A stretch of DNA of 64,000 bases from contig OX597823.1 of the NCBI GenBank assembly GCA_951406725.2, forward strand, positions 94,550,001 through 94,614,000. Reading direction: 5' to 3'. The stretch's first letter is position 1. The number at the start of each line of letters is the position of its first letter. The translations under genes and the position numbers were made by a program. The notes under the pieces were generated by a model. It saw nothing but the letters and a program-made list of their open reading frames with translations. It had not been told where the DNA came from and made no database searches. This stretch comes from Octopus vulgaris. Lineage: Eukaryota. Shown here one piece after another: positions 63,413 to 64,000 of this stretch.

Positions 63413-64000
63413 TTTGAATAGTTTCTGATATTTATGACACTTGAAAAAAAAATTGAATTCCATCTCATTACAGGCTTAACGAGGAGAGGAATGGTTTGAT
63501 GTTGTTGTTGAAGAAGATTGAGAGGCCATCATCTATTGAACGTAAGGAAATACAAATATGCTAACTTTCTGGTTCAAATAGCAATCAGTTACATCTCCCT
63601 GGGGTGGTACCAGGTAGAAATAGGAGATTCTTATGAAAGGAACTAATCAAATAATTGATAGGAAAACACAAAGTGGTTGTGGGGTAGGAAGCTCGCTTCT
63701 CAACCACATGGTTCTGGGTTCAGTCCCACTGCATGGAACCTTCAGAAAGTGACTTCTACTATAATCTCAAGCCAGTCAAAGCCTTCAGAGTGCATTTGGT
63801 AGTCGGAAACTGAAAGAAGCCCTTCATATATATCATCACCATCTTCATTGTTTTTTAATGCCTGTTTTCCATGCTGGCAGGAGCTGTTTTGGCATAGTTC
63901 CTATGGCTGGATGCCCTTCTTACTGCCAACAACTTTACAACGTGTACTGGGAACTAAAACACACCAACGCCAATTGTCAAGCATTGGTGAAGGACAAACA

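Overview
Repeat-dense animal nuclear DNA. The repeat types (tRNA-derived SINEs, RTE/Tx1/R4/CR1/CRE LINE remnants, MITEs, Helitrons, abundant microsatellites) resemble an Octopus-type cephalopod genome. That assignment is pattern recognition and has not been checked by search. The only clearly intact gene is a tRNA-Asn(GTT) at 34552-34625 (-). No long protein-coding exon is recognisable: nearly all ORF-track entries are microsatellite translations or decayed transposon pieces, and only three short candidate ATG-to-GT exons are seen (14627, 23896, 62196). Main observations: (1) at least five minimal type-I hammerhead-ribozyme-like motifs in Penelope-like repeats from about three families, with varying stems that still pair and non-canonical cores (CUGUAGA, CCGUAGA, CCGAUGA); (2) a stand-alone Pol III A/B-box ncRNA candidate at about 13913-14048 (-); (3) an RTE-like LINE with twin-priming-type 5' inversion, TSD and about 80 nt of foreign filler; (4) foldback elements carrying TTAGGG repeats or octamer+CCAAT motifs; (5) a 186-bp near-perfect hairpin just behind the tRNA terminator; (6) a head-to-tail Helitron dimer; (7) a CpG-preserved domain (about 10-36 kb) between CpG-eroded domains. 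Repeat boundaries were read by eye and are approximate unless a TSD or TIR is quoted.
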